In this document: piece by piece, positions 1 through 13,394 of the stretch
Layout of the letters: every line of letters starts with the position of its first letter
How positions within the stretch are numbered: the stretch's first letter is position 1
From: the human T2T-CHM13v2.0 reference genome, Homo sapiens
DNA length: 64,000 nt
Reading direction: 5' to 3' (one strand)
Assembly (NCBI RefSeq): GCF_009914755.1
Contig: NC_060926.1
Made by a program: the position numbers and the translations under genes
The notes under the pieces: generated by a model
The model's input: the letters and a program-made list of their open reading frames with translations, nothing else
Told to the model about the DNA's origin: nothing
Databases searched by the model: none

Positions 1-1860
1 AGTAGTGAAGCCATCAGGTCTTGGGGCTTTTCTTTACCGGAAGACTTTTAATTACGGCTTTGATCTTGTTACTTGTTATTGGTCTGTTTGGGTTTTGGAT
101 TTCTTCATGGTTCAATCTCGGTAGGTTTTATGCATCTAGGAATTTATCCGTTTCCTCTAGATTTTCCAATTTATTGGCATATAGTTGCTCGTAGTAGCCA
201 CTAATGATACTTTAAATTTCTACAGTATCAGTTGTAATGTCTCCCTTTTCATCTCTGATTTTATTTGAGTCTTCTCTGTTTTTGTTTTTTCTTTGTTAGT
301 CTGGCTAAAGATTTGTCAATTTTGTTTATCTTTTCAAAAAAACAGCTTTTTGTTTCATTGATCTTTTATATTGTTTCTTCATTTCAAATTCATTTATTTC
401 TACTCTGATCTTTATTATTTTTTTCACCTAATTTTTGGTTTTGTTTGCTCTTGCTTTTCTAGTTCTTTAATATGCACCATTAGGTTGCTTATTTAAATTT
501 CCTCTTTTTTGATGTAGGTGCTTAGAGCTATAAATCTTTCTCTTAGCACTGCTTTTGCTGTATCCTATAGGCTTTAGTATATTGTGTTTCCATTATTGTT
601 TGTTTCAAGAAATTTTTCCATTTCCTTCTTAATTTCTTCATTGACCCACTGGTCATTCAGGAGCATATTGTTTAATTTCCATGTGTTCATATAGTTTACA
701 AAATTCCTCTTGTTGTTGATTTCTAGTTTCATTCCATTGTGGCCAGAGAAGAGGCTTGATATTATTTCAATTTTTTGAATGTTTTAAGACTTGTTTTGTG
801 ACCTAATATATGGTCTATTCTTGAGAATAATCCATGTGCCTGAGGAGAAGAATGTGTATTCTATAACTATTGGCTGAAATATTCTGTAAATATCTATTAG
901 GTCTATTTGTTCTATAGTGCATATTAAGTCTGATGTTTCTTTGTTGATTTTTTCTGTCTGAAAGAGCTGTCTAATGCTGAAAATGGGGTGTTAAAGTCTC
1001 CAACTATTATCGTATTGAGGTGTATTTCTTCAGCTCTAATAATATTTGCTTTATATATCTGGGAACTCCAGTGCTGAGTGCATGCATATTTACAATTGTT
1101 ATATCCTCTTGCTGGGTTGACCCCTTTATCATTATAATGGCCTTCTTTGTCTCTTCTTACTGTTTTGTTTTTGAAATCTATTTTATCTGATGTAAGTATA
1201 GCTACTCCTGCCTCTTTTTTTGGTTTCTATTGACATGGAATATTTTTTTTCATCCCTTTATTTTCAGTCTATGTTTATCTTTATAGGTGAAGTGTGTTTC
1301 TTGTAGGCAACAGATCATGGGGTCTTTTTCTCATTCATTCAGCTACTCTGTGCCTTTTAGTTGGAGAGTTTAGTCCATTTACATTCAATGTTATTATTGA
1401 TAAGTAGGGACCTACTTTTGTCATTTTGTTATTTGTTTTCTGATTGTTTTGTGGTCTTTTCTTCCTTCTTCCCTTCCTTCTTGTGAAGGTGATGTTCTCT
1501 GGTGATAGGATTTAACTTCTTGCTTTTTCTGTGTGTGTGTATCCATTGTATGGTTTTCAGTTAGAGGTTACCATGAGACTTGCAAATACTATCTTATAAC
1601 CCATTATTTTAAACTGATGGCAGCTTAACATTTATTGTATAAACAAATAAGCAAAAACCAAAACAAAACAAAGCAGAAACTCAGTACTTTAACTTCATCC
1701 CCCGACGTTTTAGTTCTTTGCTGTTTCTCTTTAGGTCTTATTATGTCTTGAAAAGTTGTTGTAGTTATTATTTTTTATTCGTTCATCATTTAGTCTTTCT
1801 ACTTAGGAGTAGTTTATACACAAGTACAGTATTATAATATTCTGTATTTTTCTTTTTAAC

Positions 1861-2162
1861 TTTCTTTCTTTTTTTCTTTTTTTTTTTTGAGACAGAGTCT
1901 TGCTCTGTTGCCAAGGCTGGAGTGCAGTGGCATGATCTCAGCTCACTGCAACCTCTGCCTCCTAGGTTAAGCAGTTCTCCTGCCTCTCGAGTAGCTGGGA
2001 GTACAGGCATGTGCCACCATGCCCAGCTAATTTTTTGTATTTTTAGTAGAGACAGGGTTTCACCGTGTTAGCCAGGATGGTCTTGATCTCCTGACCTTGT
2101 GATCTACCCGCCTTGACGTGCCAAAGTGCTGGGATTATAGGCATAAGCCACCATGCTTGGCC
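1861..2162 (-). mobile_element. Alu (AluS-type) inserted in L1
   Basis: Poly-T followed by an antisense Alu dimer; TSD TGTATTTTTCTTT at 1843-1855 and 2163-2175. Confidence 0.97.
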
Positions 2163-2210
2163 TGTATTTTTCTTTAAGCTTAATATTACCGGTATGTTTT
2201 GTACCTTCAG

Positions 2211-2518
<308 letters not shown>

Positions 2519-2825
2519 TGATTTCTTATTGCTCATTGACATTTCTTTTTTTTCACATTGAAGACCTCCCTTTACCATTTCTTATAGGATAGTTCTGGTT
2601 TTGATGAAATCCTTCAGGTTCTGTTTGTCTGGCAAGGTCTTCATTTCTCCTTCATGTTTGAAGGATATTTTCACCAGATATACTATTCTAGGATAAAAGG
2701 TTTTTTTCTTTAGTGCTTTAAGTATATTATGCCACTCTTTCCTGGCCTATAAAGTTTTCACTGAAAAGTCTGATGCCAGATGTATTGGAGCTCCATTGTA
2801 TGTTGATTCTTTTCTCTTGCTGCTT

Positions 2826-3347
2826 TTAGGATCCTTTCTTTATCCTTGACTTTGGGAGTTTGATTCTTAAATGCCTTGAGGTAATCTTCTTTGGGTCAAA
2901 TGGTGTTTTATAACCTTCTTGCACTTGAATGTTGATATCTTTCTCTAGGTTTGGGAAATTCTTTGATATTATTCCTTTGAATAAACTTTCTATCCCTTCC
3001 TCTTTCTCTACCTCCTCTTTAAGCCCAACAACTCTTAGATTTGTCCTTTTGAGGCTATTTTCTAGACCTAGTAGGCATGCTTCATTCTTTTTTATTCTTT
3101 TTTTCTTTTGTCTCCTCTGACTGTGTATTTTCAAATGGTCTGCCTTCAAGCTCACTAATTCTTTCTTCTTCTTGATCAATTCTGCTATTAAGAGACCTGA
3201 TGCATTCTTCAGTATGTCAGTTGCATTTTTCAGCTCCAGAATTTCTGCTTGATTCTTTTCAATTATTTTAATCTCTTTGTGAAATTTATCTGATAGAATT
3301 CTGAATTCCTTCTCTGTGTCATCTTGAATTTCATTGTATTTCTCCAA
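2826..3347 (-). pseudogene. Degenerate L1 ORF1p remnant
   Basis: Translation contains the L1 ORF1p motifs LKRTNLRVVGLKE and ENFPNL-like SKNFPNLEKDINIQVQE; frameshifted. Confidence 0.9.
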
Positions 3348-5543
3348 AATAGAAATTTTGAACTCTCTGAAAGGCCATATATCTTCGGTTCTCCAGAATT
3401 TGTCCCTGGTGGCTTATTTAGTTTGTTTGGTGAGGTCCTATTTTCCTGGATGGTCTTGATGCTTGTGGATGTTTTTAAGTGTCAGTTAGGTATTTATTGA
3501 AGTCTTCACAGTCTGGGCTTGTTTGTGTCTGTCTTCTCGGCAAGGCTTTCCAGGTACTCAAAGCAACTTGGTCCCCAACCCCAATAACACTATGGTTCCT
3601 GCAGACTCACAGAGGTACCACATTGGTGACCTTGGATAAAATTCAGAAGAATAATCTGGATTACCATGCAGAGACTTTTGTTTTCTTCCCTGACTCTTTC
3701 CCAAACAAATGGAGTCTCTCTCTTTCTCTATCTCTGTGCTGAGCCACTTGAAACCGTAGGTGTGGTGATATAAGCACCCCTGTTGCCACCACTGCTGGGA
3801 CTGTACTTTGTCAGACCTGAAGCCAGCACAGCACCGAGGTTACCCAAGGCCCACTGTAACCACTGCCTGGCTACCACCTAAGTTCACTCAAGGCCCCAGG
3901 GCTCTGTAATCAGCAGGTGGTAAAGCCAGCCAGGTTTGTGCCCTTCCCTTAAAGGCAACAAGTTCCTCAAGGCCCTGGGCAGGTCCAGAGCTGTTGTCTG
4001 AGAGCCAGAGATTGGAGTAAAAAACCTTAGGATTTTGCCTGATGTTCTTTTTTACTGCAGCTAAGCTGGCACTCAAACCAGAAGAGAAAATCCTTCTTGC
4101 TCTTCCTTCCCCTTTCCACAGGCAGAGGAGCATCTCCCTGTGGCCACTGCCACCACAGGCCCAGAGGTGAGGGGTGTATTCTCCCACACCACTGCAGATG
4201 TTCACTTAAAGCCCAAGGGCTCTTCAGTCAGTTTGTAGTGAATGCTACGAGGACCAGGACTCATCCTTCAGGGTAGTAGGCTACCCTCATGCCCTGGGCA
4301 GGCCCTAAAATGCTATCCAAGAGCCTAGGCCTGGACTCGAGGACTGCAAGAGCCTGCTTGTTGCTCTACCCCACTGTGGCTGTGCTGGTACCCAAGGTAC
4401 AAGACAAAGTCCCTTTTACTTTCCCTCTGCTTTTCTCAAATGGAAGGAGTCTAAAGGAGTTTTTCACTGTAGCTGTCACACCTGGAAATGTGCCACGTCA
4501 CACCTGAACTCAGCACATTCTCAAAGCCCAAGGCCCACAGTGTACTACTTGGGTGTTGCTGCTGGTTATTCAGGACCCAAGGGCTCTTTAGTCAGCAGGT
4601 GATTAATCCTTCCAGGACTGAGTCCTTCCCTTCAAGGCAAGGGGTTCCCATTTTTCCAGTGGGTTCCCAGAGTGTGTCTATAAATGTCCATGATCCAGGG
4701 TCTGGAATGGGGGGATACCTCATAACTCTGCCCAGTGCTCTATCTTACTGTGGCTGAGCTAGTATCCAAGATACAAGATGAAGTCCTGTTTACTCTTTTA
4801 TTTCCTCCCCTTAAGCAAAAGGAAGGAGTCACTTTCATTGCTGTGAGCTGCACTGCTTAGGGTTGAAGAAAGAGTGGCACAAGCACTCTTTTAGCTGTTC
4901 CAGCTGGTGAGGTACCAGGTCACCCTAGTCCTCTTCTCTGAGCCCAGCTCAACACTAGGAGTTGCTTAGGAATTGCAGGCCTCATGTCCTAGACTGTCTT
5001 TCAAGTTTACCTAAGACCCAAGAGCACTTTGGCCTGCGGTGGCAAGGCTTGCCAAGAAACTCAAGTTCTGACCACCAGATGGGCAATTCCCCTCTGGCTA
5101 GGTCTGGTCCAAATGTCCCATCCTTGATCAGGTGCTGGCTGAACCCAGCATGGTTTTGTTTTCCTCTATGACAGGGCAGCAGTGAGTTCAATGTAAAGTC
5201 CTCCAAGTGCACAGACTCTCCACCCTGCACAGCTGCTGCCCAGGGATGGGGGAGGGGTGGTGTTGGTGATTCAAGACTGTCTCTCCAACTCTCTTTAATG
5301 CCTCTTTTGGTGATATGATATTAAAACCAGGTACTATGATTTCTCACCTGATTTTTGGCTCTTGTGACAGTGCTTTTCTGTGTGCAGATAGTTGTTAAAA
5401 TGTGGTGTTCCTGCAGAGGAGACAAAGGGCATAGGCTTCTATTCTGCCAGCTTTTTCTGCCTCCTGGAGTATTTCTAAATGTGGGCTATTTATACAAAAG
5501 CTCCGGGGTGAGCTATTAGACTACAGCTGCCTATGTTCTTTAT

Positions 5544-5720
5544 CTGTGCTGTTTAATATGGTAGCCACTAGCCACATGTGTTGAACACTTGAAATGTGGC
5601 ACATGTAACTGGGAAACTGAAAATTAAATTTTACTTAATTTTAAGTAATTTCAATTTTACTTAATTTTAAATAATTTAAATTTAAATAGCACATGTGGCT
5701 AGTAACTACTGTATTGGGCA
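5544..5720 (+). mobile_element. MER3 (hAT-Charlie) DNA transposon relic
   Basis: ATATGGTAGCCACTAGCCACATGTG...CACATGTGGCTAGTAACTACTGTATTGG inverted arms around an AT-rich core, matching the MER3 consensus as I recall it. Confidence 0.85.
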
Positions 5721-6251
5721 GATAGAGTATTGGCCTTAATTATTCCTTAAGAAAGAAATTAACCAAACTTCATTTCTAGAATGAATCTTTTTTCCTGAAC
5801 TCTGAGTTTAAATGTCAGTTTAATAGACTCCTCTTTAAAAAAACAAAACAAAGCAAAACACTCCATCTGGCATTTTTTAAAAAAACTAAAAAGATGTGTT
5901 TTTGTTCTTTTATCAAAACAAAAGCTTGCTATAAACTTGAGAACCAGATATTTTTGCTGGATGAGCCTAACCCATCAGCCATTCCCCCTTCCACAGTGTG
6001 GCTTTTATAAGTTAAACATTTGCAGTGGTAACATAAATAATTTCTCTCCAAAATTAACACACACTGAATTTTGAGTGCAGAGAGACAGTCTCCACACTCC
6101 ACCCCTCCTTAACCCATCTTTCTGTCAACATGACCTGTCTCACAGAGCTGTTCCATGAATTGATTCATTTATGAAATGTGCTTTTTTTGCCCTTAAAAAG
6201 AAGACCTTACTGTGTATAGAAATTGAAAATTAAAAATAAATGTGAACTCAC

Positions 6252-6291
6252 TTGGTTTCTTCAGACTATCTCTTTGATAACTTGCCTTCAA
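6252..6291 (-). other. Candidate 40-nt exon (unverified)
   Basis: Minus strand reads cctgttttag|TTGAAG...AAACCAA|gtgagt; one open frame, LKASYQRDSLKKP. Confidence 0.3.
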
Positions 6292-6761
6292 CTAAAACAG
6301 GACTGAGTTTGGTTAATAGTCTTATCCAACAGACTCTGGTTTTTGTCTCATCCCAAAAGCTAAATATATATATAAAGCTCAATCATCTTTATAGGAGATA
6401 CTTTAATTTACCACAGAGCCACAGTTTTACCCACAGTTATTTTTAGAAGCACACTCATATTGGACAATTGTATTCTCTGCCACAAGAACTAAAGTTAGGT
6501 GCCAAAGATTCGTTTTTCTTCTCTGACACTCACTGGGCACACATTCTCTAAAATTATTTTTTGAATGTCTGACCACTCAGAAATAAATCCAATGGCCAAA
6601 TATAATTTTGAGGTAATTGAAGTGAATCTGGAAAGAAAAATGATTCGTTTTTGATTCTGTGATAAAAAGGCTAAGATATTTCATTTGGAAAATAACATAT
6701 TTAGGAAGTCTAATTTGTACAACTTGTAATAAAAAGGTCTTTTAATAAACAATTGACATAC

Positions 6762-6795
6762 CTGGGTTTTAGTAAACATACTTTAAAAACCGAGT
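6762..6795 (-). other. Candidate 34-nt exon (unverified)
   Basis: Minus strand reads ttcttttcaaacatgttcttccag|ACTCGG...AACCCAG|gtatgt; contains an ATG in frame with the 6252-6291 candidate. Confidence 0.3.
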
Positions 6796-7821
6796 CTGGA
6801 AGAACATGTTTGAAAAGAATTACAATTTAAATTTAGTTAGTGGTTTGTACAATGAAGTATTTTCCACTCCGATGAAAACTTACAGCTAACTTAAAAAAGA
6901 ATATGATATTTTCCCCCAGACTCTCTAATATAGCGGTTTGAGAGATTTGTCACGAGTGTAACAATAATTTATTCAAGAATACAAAGCCTATGCAAGTCTA
7001 TATATAGTCTAGAAAAGTATCATGCAAAATCATGTTTAATTTAAAATGCCTGCTACTGAAGAAGGAAAGTCATATATCAGAAATGTACCAAGGGGATATG
7101 TGAGTAAACAAGTGCTATGAAATTCAGGCCGATGCCTTAGGAGTTTTCTCCTGTGAGTTTGAATATTAAAAAGAATTATGCACTGAAGGAAGTATATTTG
7201 TTCCAAAAGTTAATAACAGTGCGTGACTGGCTTGGTCTCTAAGTCCAAAATAAGATCGATTAAATCTTTCATCCATACAATATGGGTAAGGACAAGTGCA
7301 TGAGAAACACATAGATATACATTATTTATTTCTATTGTACTTAGCACAGTGGGATCTGTGCCCTTTAAAAATTAACTACTTAGACACTGAGGTGGGTAAT
7401 TTGAAGTCAGTGATGGATTTCTTTTACAGTATGTTTCCTGTCTTCACCAAAGAAGTGATAGGAATAAAGGAACTCAAATAATAGCAAGAATTTTGCCTAA
7501 GGGGTAAAATAAGCTTCCTAAATGAAGGAATGAGGTATGAAAACAATTCCCTGATAATTAGTACAATCTCTTTTCCTAAAATATTTTAAAAATAGGGTAT
7601 TCCTCATTTATCTGGTAGTAGTGTCTTAAATGTAGCTTCTTTGGAAATAGGGGCCCTACCTCAACTAAGGCTGTGAGTTGCCTGCATGTGCCCATTAAGT
7701 CTGGGATACAGCTGTTTCTTTCTATCCATGCATATTAGTACTGTGTACCTTGCTTTGCAACTGAGGCAAAAGAGCTCCATATTCATTTGTTGGATCAAAT
7801 GAATGAATGCAGAAACAAAGA

Positions 7822-8333
7822 AGTTAGTTTTTATTGCTACATAACAAAAATACCCCATATTTAGCAGCTTAAAACACAAACATTTACTATCTCATAGTTT
7901 GTGTGGGTCAGGAATTCAGGAGTGGCTTAGCTGGGTGGTTCTAGCTCAAGGTACATCATGACATTGTAGTCAAGGTGTTGGGCTGCCGTCATCTGAAGGC
8001 TTGAGTGGGGCTCTAGGATCAGCCTCAAGATGGCAGACTCATGTGGCTCTAGGCAGGAGGCCTCAGTGTTTTCTGGTAATTGGCAGGAAACTTCATTCAT
8101 GAGCATCCTCACCACATGTAGCAAGCTTCCTCTAGAGCAAGTGATCCACAAGAGCAAGTTAGAAGACATAATGTGTTTTATGACCTAGTCTCGGAAGTCA
8201 TGCTCTGTCATTTTGCAACATTCTTTTGGTTATGCAAGTAAGCCCTGTTCAGTGTGGGAGTGGACTGACCACACAAGGGGTATGAATACCAGGAGGTGGG
8301 GATCTTTGGTTTTCTTGGAGTCTGGCTACCATA
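7822..8333 (-). mobile_element. MaLR solo LTR (MLT1F/G/H-like)
   Basis: TTATTGCTACATAACA...GCTTAAAACAC...GGTCAGGAATTCAGGAGTGGCTTAGCTGGG MLT1 signature, ending CTGGCTACCATA. Confidence 0.85.
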
Positions 8334-8744
8334 GAAGGGTTATTAGAACTGCCAATAAAGTTATATGTTATAGGTCTATAGTGAATCTCAGCTTGAAAGT
8401 GAGTTATAAGTTGTGTGCTTATCTGTTAGATGAATCCTTTCCCACCCACTATCTTGGCTGCCTTTCCTTTTCCATCCTGGATGTGGCTCTAGGCAAATTT
8501 GTGAAGTTGCTACTCAGTATCTTCCTTTACATGCTTTAATTTGGCATACAGATCCCTTTCTCCCCCATCACTGAAGGCATTCCATGGCAACGCTCCTCTT
8601 ATAGATTCTTTCTACCAAAATGTACTTGTTCTTTCATTTTTCAAGGCAGCTAATCAAATCTCTATTTCTGATTAATAGGTACAAATAAGCTAATGTGCTA
8701 TACCATCCAGTAACCGAAGAGCCATTTTAAGGAATGTCATGAGG

Positions 8745-8890
8745 ATGGACTGTGAAGTTAGGCTGTCTGTGTTCAAATGACCTCTCTAGCTGTATAGTTG
8801 CTATGTCTTTCATGCAAGTTTCTTAAATTATTTTTGCTTTGTCTGTAAAATAGATGTGATCATAGAAGCTATATGGTAGGCTCTGATCAA
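8745..8890. mobile_element. MIR fragment
   Basis: Degenerate MIR core (GTTCAAAT...CAAGTTTCTTAA...TCTGTAAAATAG). Confidence 0.5.
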
Positions 8891-10129
8891 GCCTATTGCA
8901 TTGAAACCTCAAGTAAGCCCAATGACATAGTAAGAAACAGAACACAGGAGTATGTAAATGTGGCCCAATAAGAATTTTCTCCTATAGTGTTGAAGTGGGC
9001 CCTGGAGAGCTGATAGGGCCCCTCCCACAGCTGAAATGGTATGAAGATAGTGAGCCTGTAATTCTGGGTCTCTCTGACTTTGTGAAGTTTTTACGTTGTT
9101 CAAACTGAATGTACTTCTTTATTCTAGAAACAAAAAAATGTACCCCAAAGTCAAGTCCACTTACGTCCTCCGCATGCCTTTTTGGTGGTTTGATTCCTAT
9201 TTTATCTTTGTGGATAGAGCCTTGTTTATAGTCCTTGATAATTCCATGGGCTGAGCAATGCTCAAAAATGTCATAACACACATGGAGTGATGAAGGTCAT
9301 AGTTGTAGAGGGGGTGGAGCAATACCCAGAGATTTATCTTGGGAGCATGCAAATCTCTAAAGAATCTCAGTGGAGCAAGACCCACTGTGCATGACTAGCT
9401 TATGACAAGGGTCTCAAGAGGCATTGAGGTAGTTGGAAGCATACACTAAGGTCTTTCAACTGTAGGAGTGTGGGAACCACAGGGACACTTATTAAGGAGC
9501 AGGAGGTATACACAATGAAGAAAGAGGTGGAGATCTCAAAATCAGATGTATCTGGAATTAAGCCAGAGGAAGTGGAACTGTGTGAGGAAAAATGAGAAGG
9601 AGTCAGAATGTCAGAGTAGAGGAGTAAAGGGTGAGCCCAGAAGCAAATGGATCATGCTTAGAACATGAACTTGTCCTTAGAACAGGAAGGCAGGAGAGCA
9701 GATCACAGGGTGAGAAAAGAAACCACATTGCCAAGTGCCAGCCAGAGTAGCCAAATTTGGACCTTCTGCTGCTCAAAGTGGCTGTCCTTGCTCAAGCCGC
9801 GTAATAAAGAGGGTTTAACAGATGGGATAGGTGGAGGAGTTGTAGGAGGAAGTTTATAAGAGGAGGATCTTTTTTACCCTGAAGGCAGCCCTCTGTAGAT
9901 AGTTGACTACTCATCCTGATGTAGTTTTGGCCCTGTTTCTCCCTTGCATTTCCATTAAACATTACTTCAGTCCAGCTACTGCCCTTGCCAGAATCTCAGA
10001 TATGACATCATGTTACTGCTTCTGTCACCATGGGATTCTGAAAATATTTATTTGCAGCCCTCAGAGATGGAACATAAAATCAATAAACATTAGGCTCCAT
10101 TACAGTCTCTGAAATATGTCACCATAAGA

Positions 10130-10270
10130 AATATGTGAAGAATTTGCTTTTTATTAAAGACAATGGAGAGAGTTAGACTATAGACTGGGTATTAGATAAT
10201 ATTAAGTAATAATTGTTCATCTTTTTAGGCATGACAATGATATTGTGGTTACCTTGGAAAATATTATTTG
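10130..10270 (+). mobile_element. Old L1M 3'-end fragment
   Basis: GACTGGGTATTAGATAATATTAAG...ATATTGTGGTTA resembles L1MC 3' ends. Confidence 0.5.
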
Positions 10271-10339
10271 TGTCTGAAGTTCTAGAGGCCTAGTCTAGTG
10301 TCTGGATGCAATTTCACTAGAAGATCCCCATTTTGTAAT

Positions 10340-10735
10340 TGTATTAGTCTGAAAACAGTCTGCTACTATAATTGAATATCACAGACTGGGTAATTTATAA
10401 AGAAAAGAAGTTTATTAGACTCCCAGTTCTGGAGGATAGGAAGTCCAAGATGAATGGTCTCCATCCAGTGAGGGCTTTCTTGCTGCCTCATAACATGGTG
10501 GAAGGGCAAGCGAGCACATGGAAGACAGGGAGTGTGATGGGGGGCTACACTTATCCCTTTATCAGGAGCCCATTTCTATGATATGTAACCCACTCCTGCA
10601 ATAATAGTATTAATCCTTTCACGAGGGCAGAACCCTCATGACCTAACCACCTCTCAAAGGTCTCACCTCTCAATACTGTTACAATGCCAATTAAATTTCA
10701 ACTTGAGTTTTAGTGGGGACATTAAAACCATAGCA
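10340..10735 (-). mobile_element. MaLR solo LTR (MST-type)
   Basis: TG...CA termini (TGTATTAGTC...AAACCATAGCA); 5-bp TSD GTAAT at 10335-10339 and 10736-10740. Confidence 0.9.
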
Positions 10736-11594
10736 GTAATGATTTTTGTCTGCAAATTCTTTCCTGTGGAGGTGACACCATATGTTTGACACCCTCATAC
10801 CAGCATAGCCCTCATCCGTATCCACTTATCTTGTCCTGCCTCACCCTCTAACTATCAAGATCTTGCCAACCTTCTAACTTCTGATGTTATTATCTGATGA
10901 CGGCATTGTTTCACTCCTTAGACCTGAAATTGGGCACTATATTTCTGGCTTCAACAATTTTCTTCCTCCTCAACTATAATATAAGCTCCCCTTCTGCCTA
11001 AATGACATGTTTTCCTAACATATTATCTTTGGATCTCACATCTTGGTTGTGTGTATGTAGTGTCCTTGATGGATTTGTCACTAACATGAGATTAGATCTT
11101 CATATTAATTACCATGTTGCCTTCCCTGAAATCTGTCTGAAACATGTCAGCTTCTTTTTTCTTATTTCAAAGTCCATGTCCCTCTTTGGACCACTCACTA
11201 TGTTTGTTTTCTAGCTGAAGGATGCTTCCTATACTTACTGGTTGAGCAGAAATGACTGACATGCACTGAATCCAATGAATGACCAAACTTATGCTAGCTT
11301 GGAAAGTCAGCCCCATTCACATCTCTTTAACAACTTGTCAGTCACGTAACCTCAGATTCCCACTTGAATATTCTGGCTTTGTATATTATCAAATTATGCC
11401 ATAACTCCTACCAAATGCTTTTATAATTTACTGTCTAATAGAGTGTACTTCATGGAGTACCTGGTTTGGTAAACTTTTGATCCTTATAAATCCATGACTT
11501 AAACTTCCAAATTCCAACATAAAATTCAAGGAGTTATCTAAATCAATCACTTACATCAAGTGTAGCAAATCCTTTACCTTGTTATTAAACAGCA

Positions 11595-12565
11595 TCAGGG
11601 CTCACAGCATGATACCCCCAAAGTGTGGCACCTTGGCATGCTGAGTACTTTGAACTGAAGGATACTGGAAGGACCTCAGAAACAAGGTATCTTTGATCTT
11701 CTGTCATCCTCCTGTTTTCCACCCCTCTTTCTTCCTGGAAGCGAGACATAGGAACCAGATTCCTCTTCCCCATTGTAGGATATAGAAACCAGAATTCTCC
11801 TCCCCCAGAGCAAGCCATAAAGCTTAGAAAGGTCACTCTCTCCCTTCTCCTTTCTCTCTCTCTCTCTTTTTTCATTATTTTATTTATTATTATTATTATT
11901 TTTTGAGACAGAGTCTTTCTCTGTCACTCAGGCAGAAGTGCAGTGGCGCTGTCTCAGCTCACTGTAACCTCCGCCTTCTGGGCTCAAGCAATTCTCCTGC
12001 CTCAGCATCCTGAGTAGCTGGGATTACAGGCACATGCCACCATGCCTGGCTACTTTTGGTATTTTTAGTAGACACAGGGTTTTCCTATGTTTTCCTGGCT
12101 GGTCTTAAACTCCTGACCTCAAGTGATCCGCCCGTCTGGGCCTCCCAAAGTGCTGGGATTACAGGCATGAGCTACAGCAGCCAGCCCCTCCTTTCTCTAT
12201 TGAAGACCCTCATTCCAGAGGGCTTCTGCCCCCTACCCAGGAGGAAGGAATGCTACACAGAGAGGCCAAGATGAATCTGGACAGGCCTTTCTGGGTTTCC
12301 CCTCTCAGTCTGTTACCATTAGATCACACCCTTCTCTCCAACCACATTTCTACAAGGCTGTCCATCCTTCATCAAACCTATGTATAAAAACAGACAGTTT
12401 TCCCTGGGTCTTTGGGTCTTCATTTCGGAAGGTTCCCATGTCATGTAAAACATTAATTAAATATGTTTGTTATGCTTCTCTCTTGTTAACCTGTCTTTCT
12501 TATAGGAGTGTTGGCCTTGACCCTTATGACGGGTGAGGAAGGTATCACACCTTTCTGCCTCTACA
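11595..12565 (+). mobile_element. ERV1 solo LTR (MER39/MER39B-like) split by an Alu
   Basis: ATACCCCCAAAGTGTGGCACCTTGGCATGCTGAGTACTTTGAACTGAAGG start; TATA and polyA-like signals; ends CTGCCTCTACA. Confidence 0.8.
11867..12186 (-). mobile_element. Alu (AluS-type) within the LTR
   Basis: (TTA)n tail and an antisense Alu dimer. Confidence 0.96.
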
Positions 12566-13178
12566 GTAGTAAACTCAGAAACACAACAGCATTTTGGAGT
12601 AAGTAGTGACATTTCTAGGAGTTGCTATAATTTATATTGACAACTTGCATTTGTTCTTCATTTGGCCAGATCTCAAGCAGTACCTGTGGTTTCATTCAAT
12701 TCCAGGCTCACCCTCATGTTGTATCCTGGGTCTCCTTGGTTCAGTGAATGGTGATCTTTGGAGTAACACAAACTGAGGCCCAGGGAAAAAGAAAACTCGT
12801 ACTCATTTTTAGGAACCCAGGGAATGGCTTATATTTGACCCTAACTGAATTCAATTACAAATATTTACCAAGTTTATTTGGTCTATAACTTACTTTACTA
12901 GATGCTACAATACTGGAAGATATTTTTTTAAATACGAGAAACAGTCTTTATCCTCAGAGAGCTTTCACTTAATAAAAACTTACACATATAATTATAGCAC
13001 AACAGAGAAAGGTAAGAGGTCTAAAAGAGCCCAAAAAGGCCCCAAGGGGTTTGAAGAAAGGAGACATTTAGGCAGCTGAGTAGAAGGAGGATGGTGTGAG
13101 GCTGTGTTTAGCATGGGCCTACAATAGTAAATGCAATTTTAATGGAAGCACTAGGAGAGGGAAGGGTGTTTTCTAGGC

Positions 13179-13394
13179 CAGGTATTGGCAAACTTTTTCT
13201 GTAAAGAGCCAGATAATAAATATTTTAAGGTTTATGGCTCACATTCAGTCTCTGTTGCATATTCTTATTTTGCTCCTCTTCTACCTCTTCCACTTTCTTC
13301 ATCTTTTAAACAGGTAAAAACCATTCATAGCCTATGGATTGTACAAAAACAGTCTGCAGATCAAATCCCACTGGACATAGTTTGCTGACCCCTG
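13179..13394. mobile_element. MER58A (hAT-Charlie)
   Basis: CAGGTATTGGCAAAC...GTTTGCTGACCCCTG TIRs; imperfect 8-bp TSD TTCTAGGC/TTTCAGGC. Confidence 0.85.

Noticed and set aside
5544-5720. Strong inverted repeat that could be a miRNA-like hairpin
   Set aside because: Fully explained by the palindromic structure of MER3.
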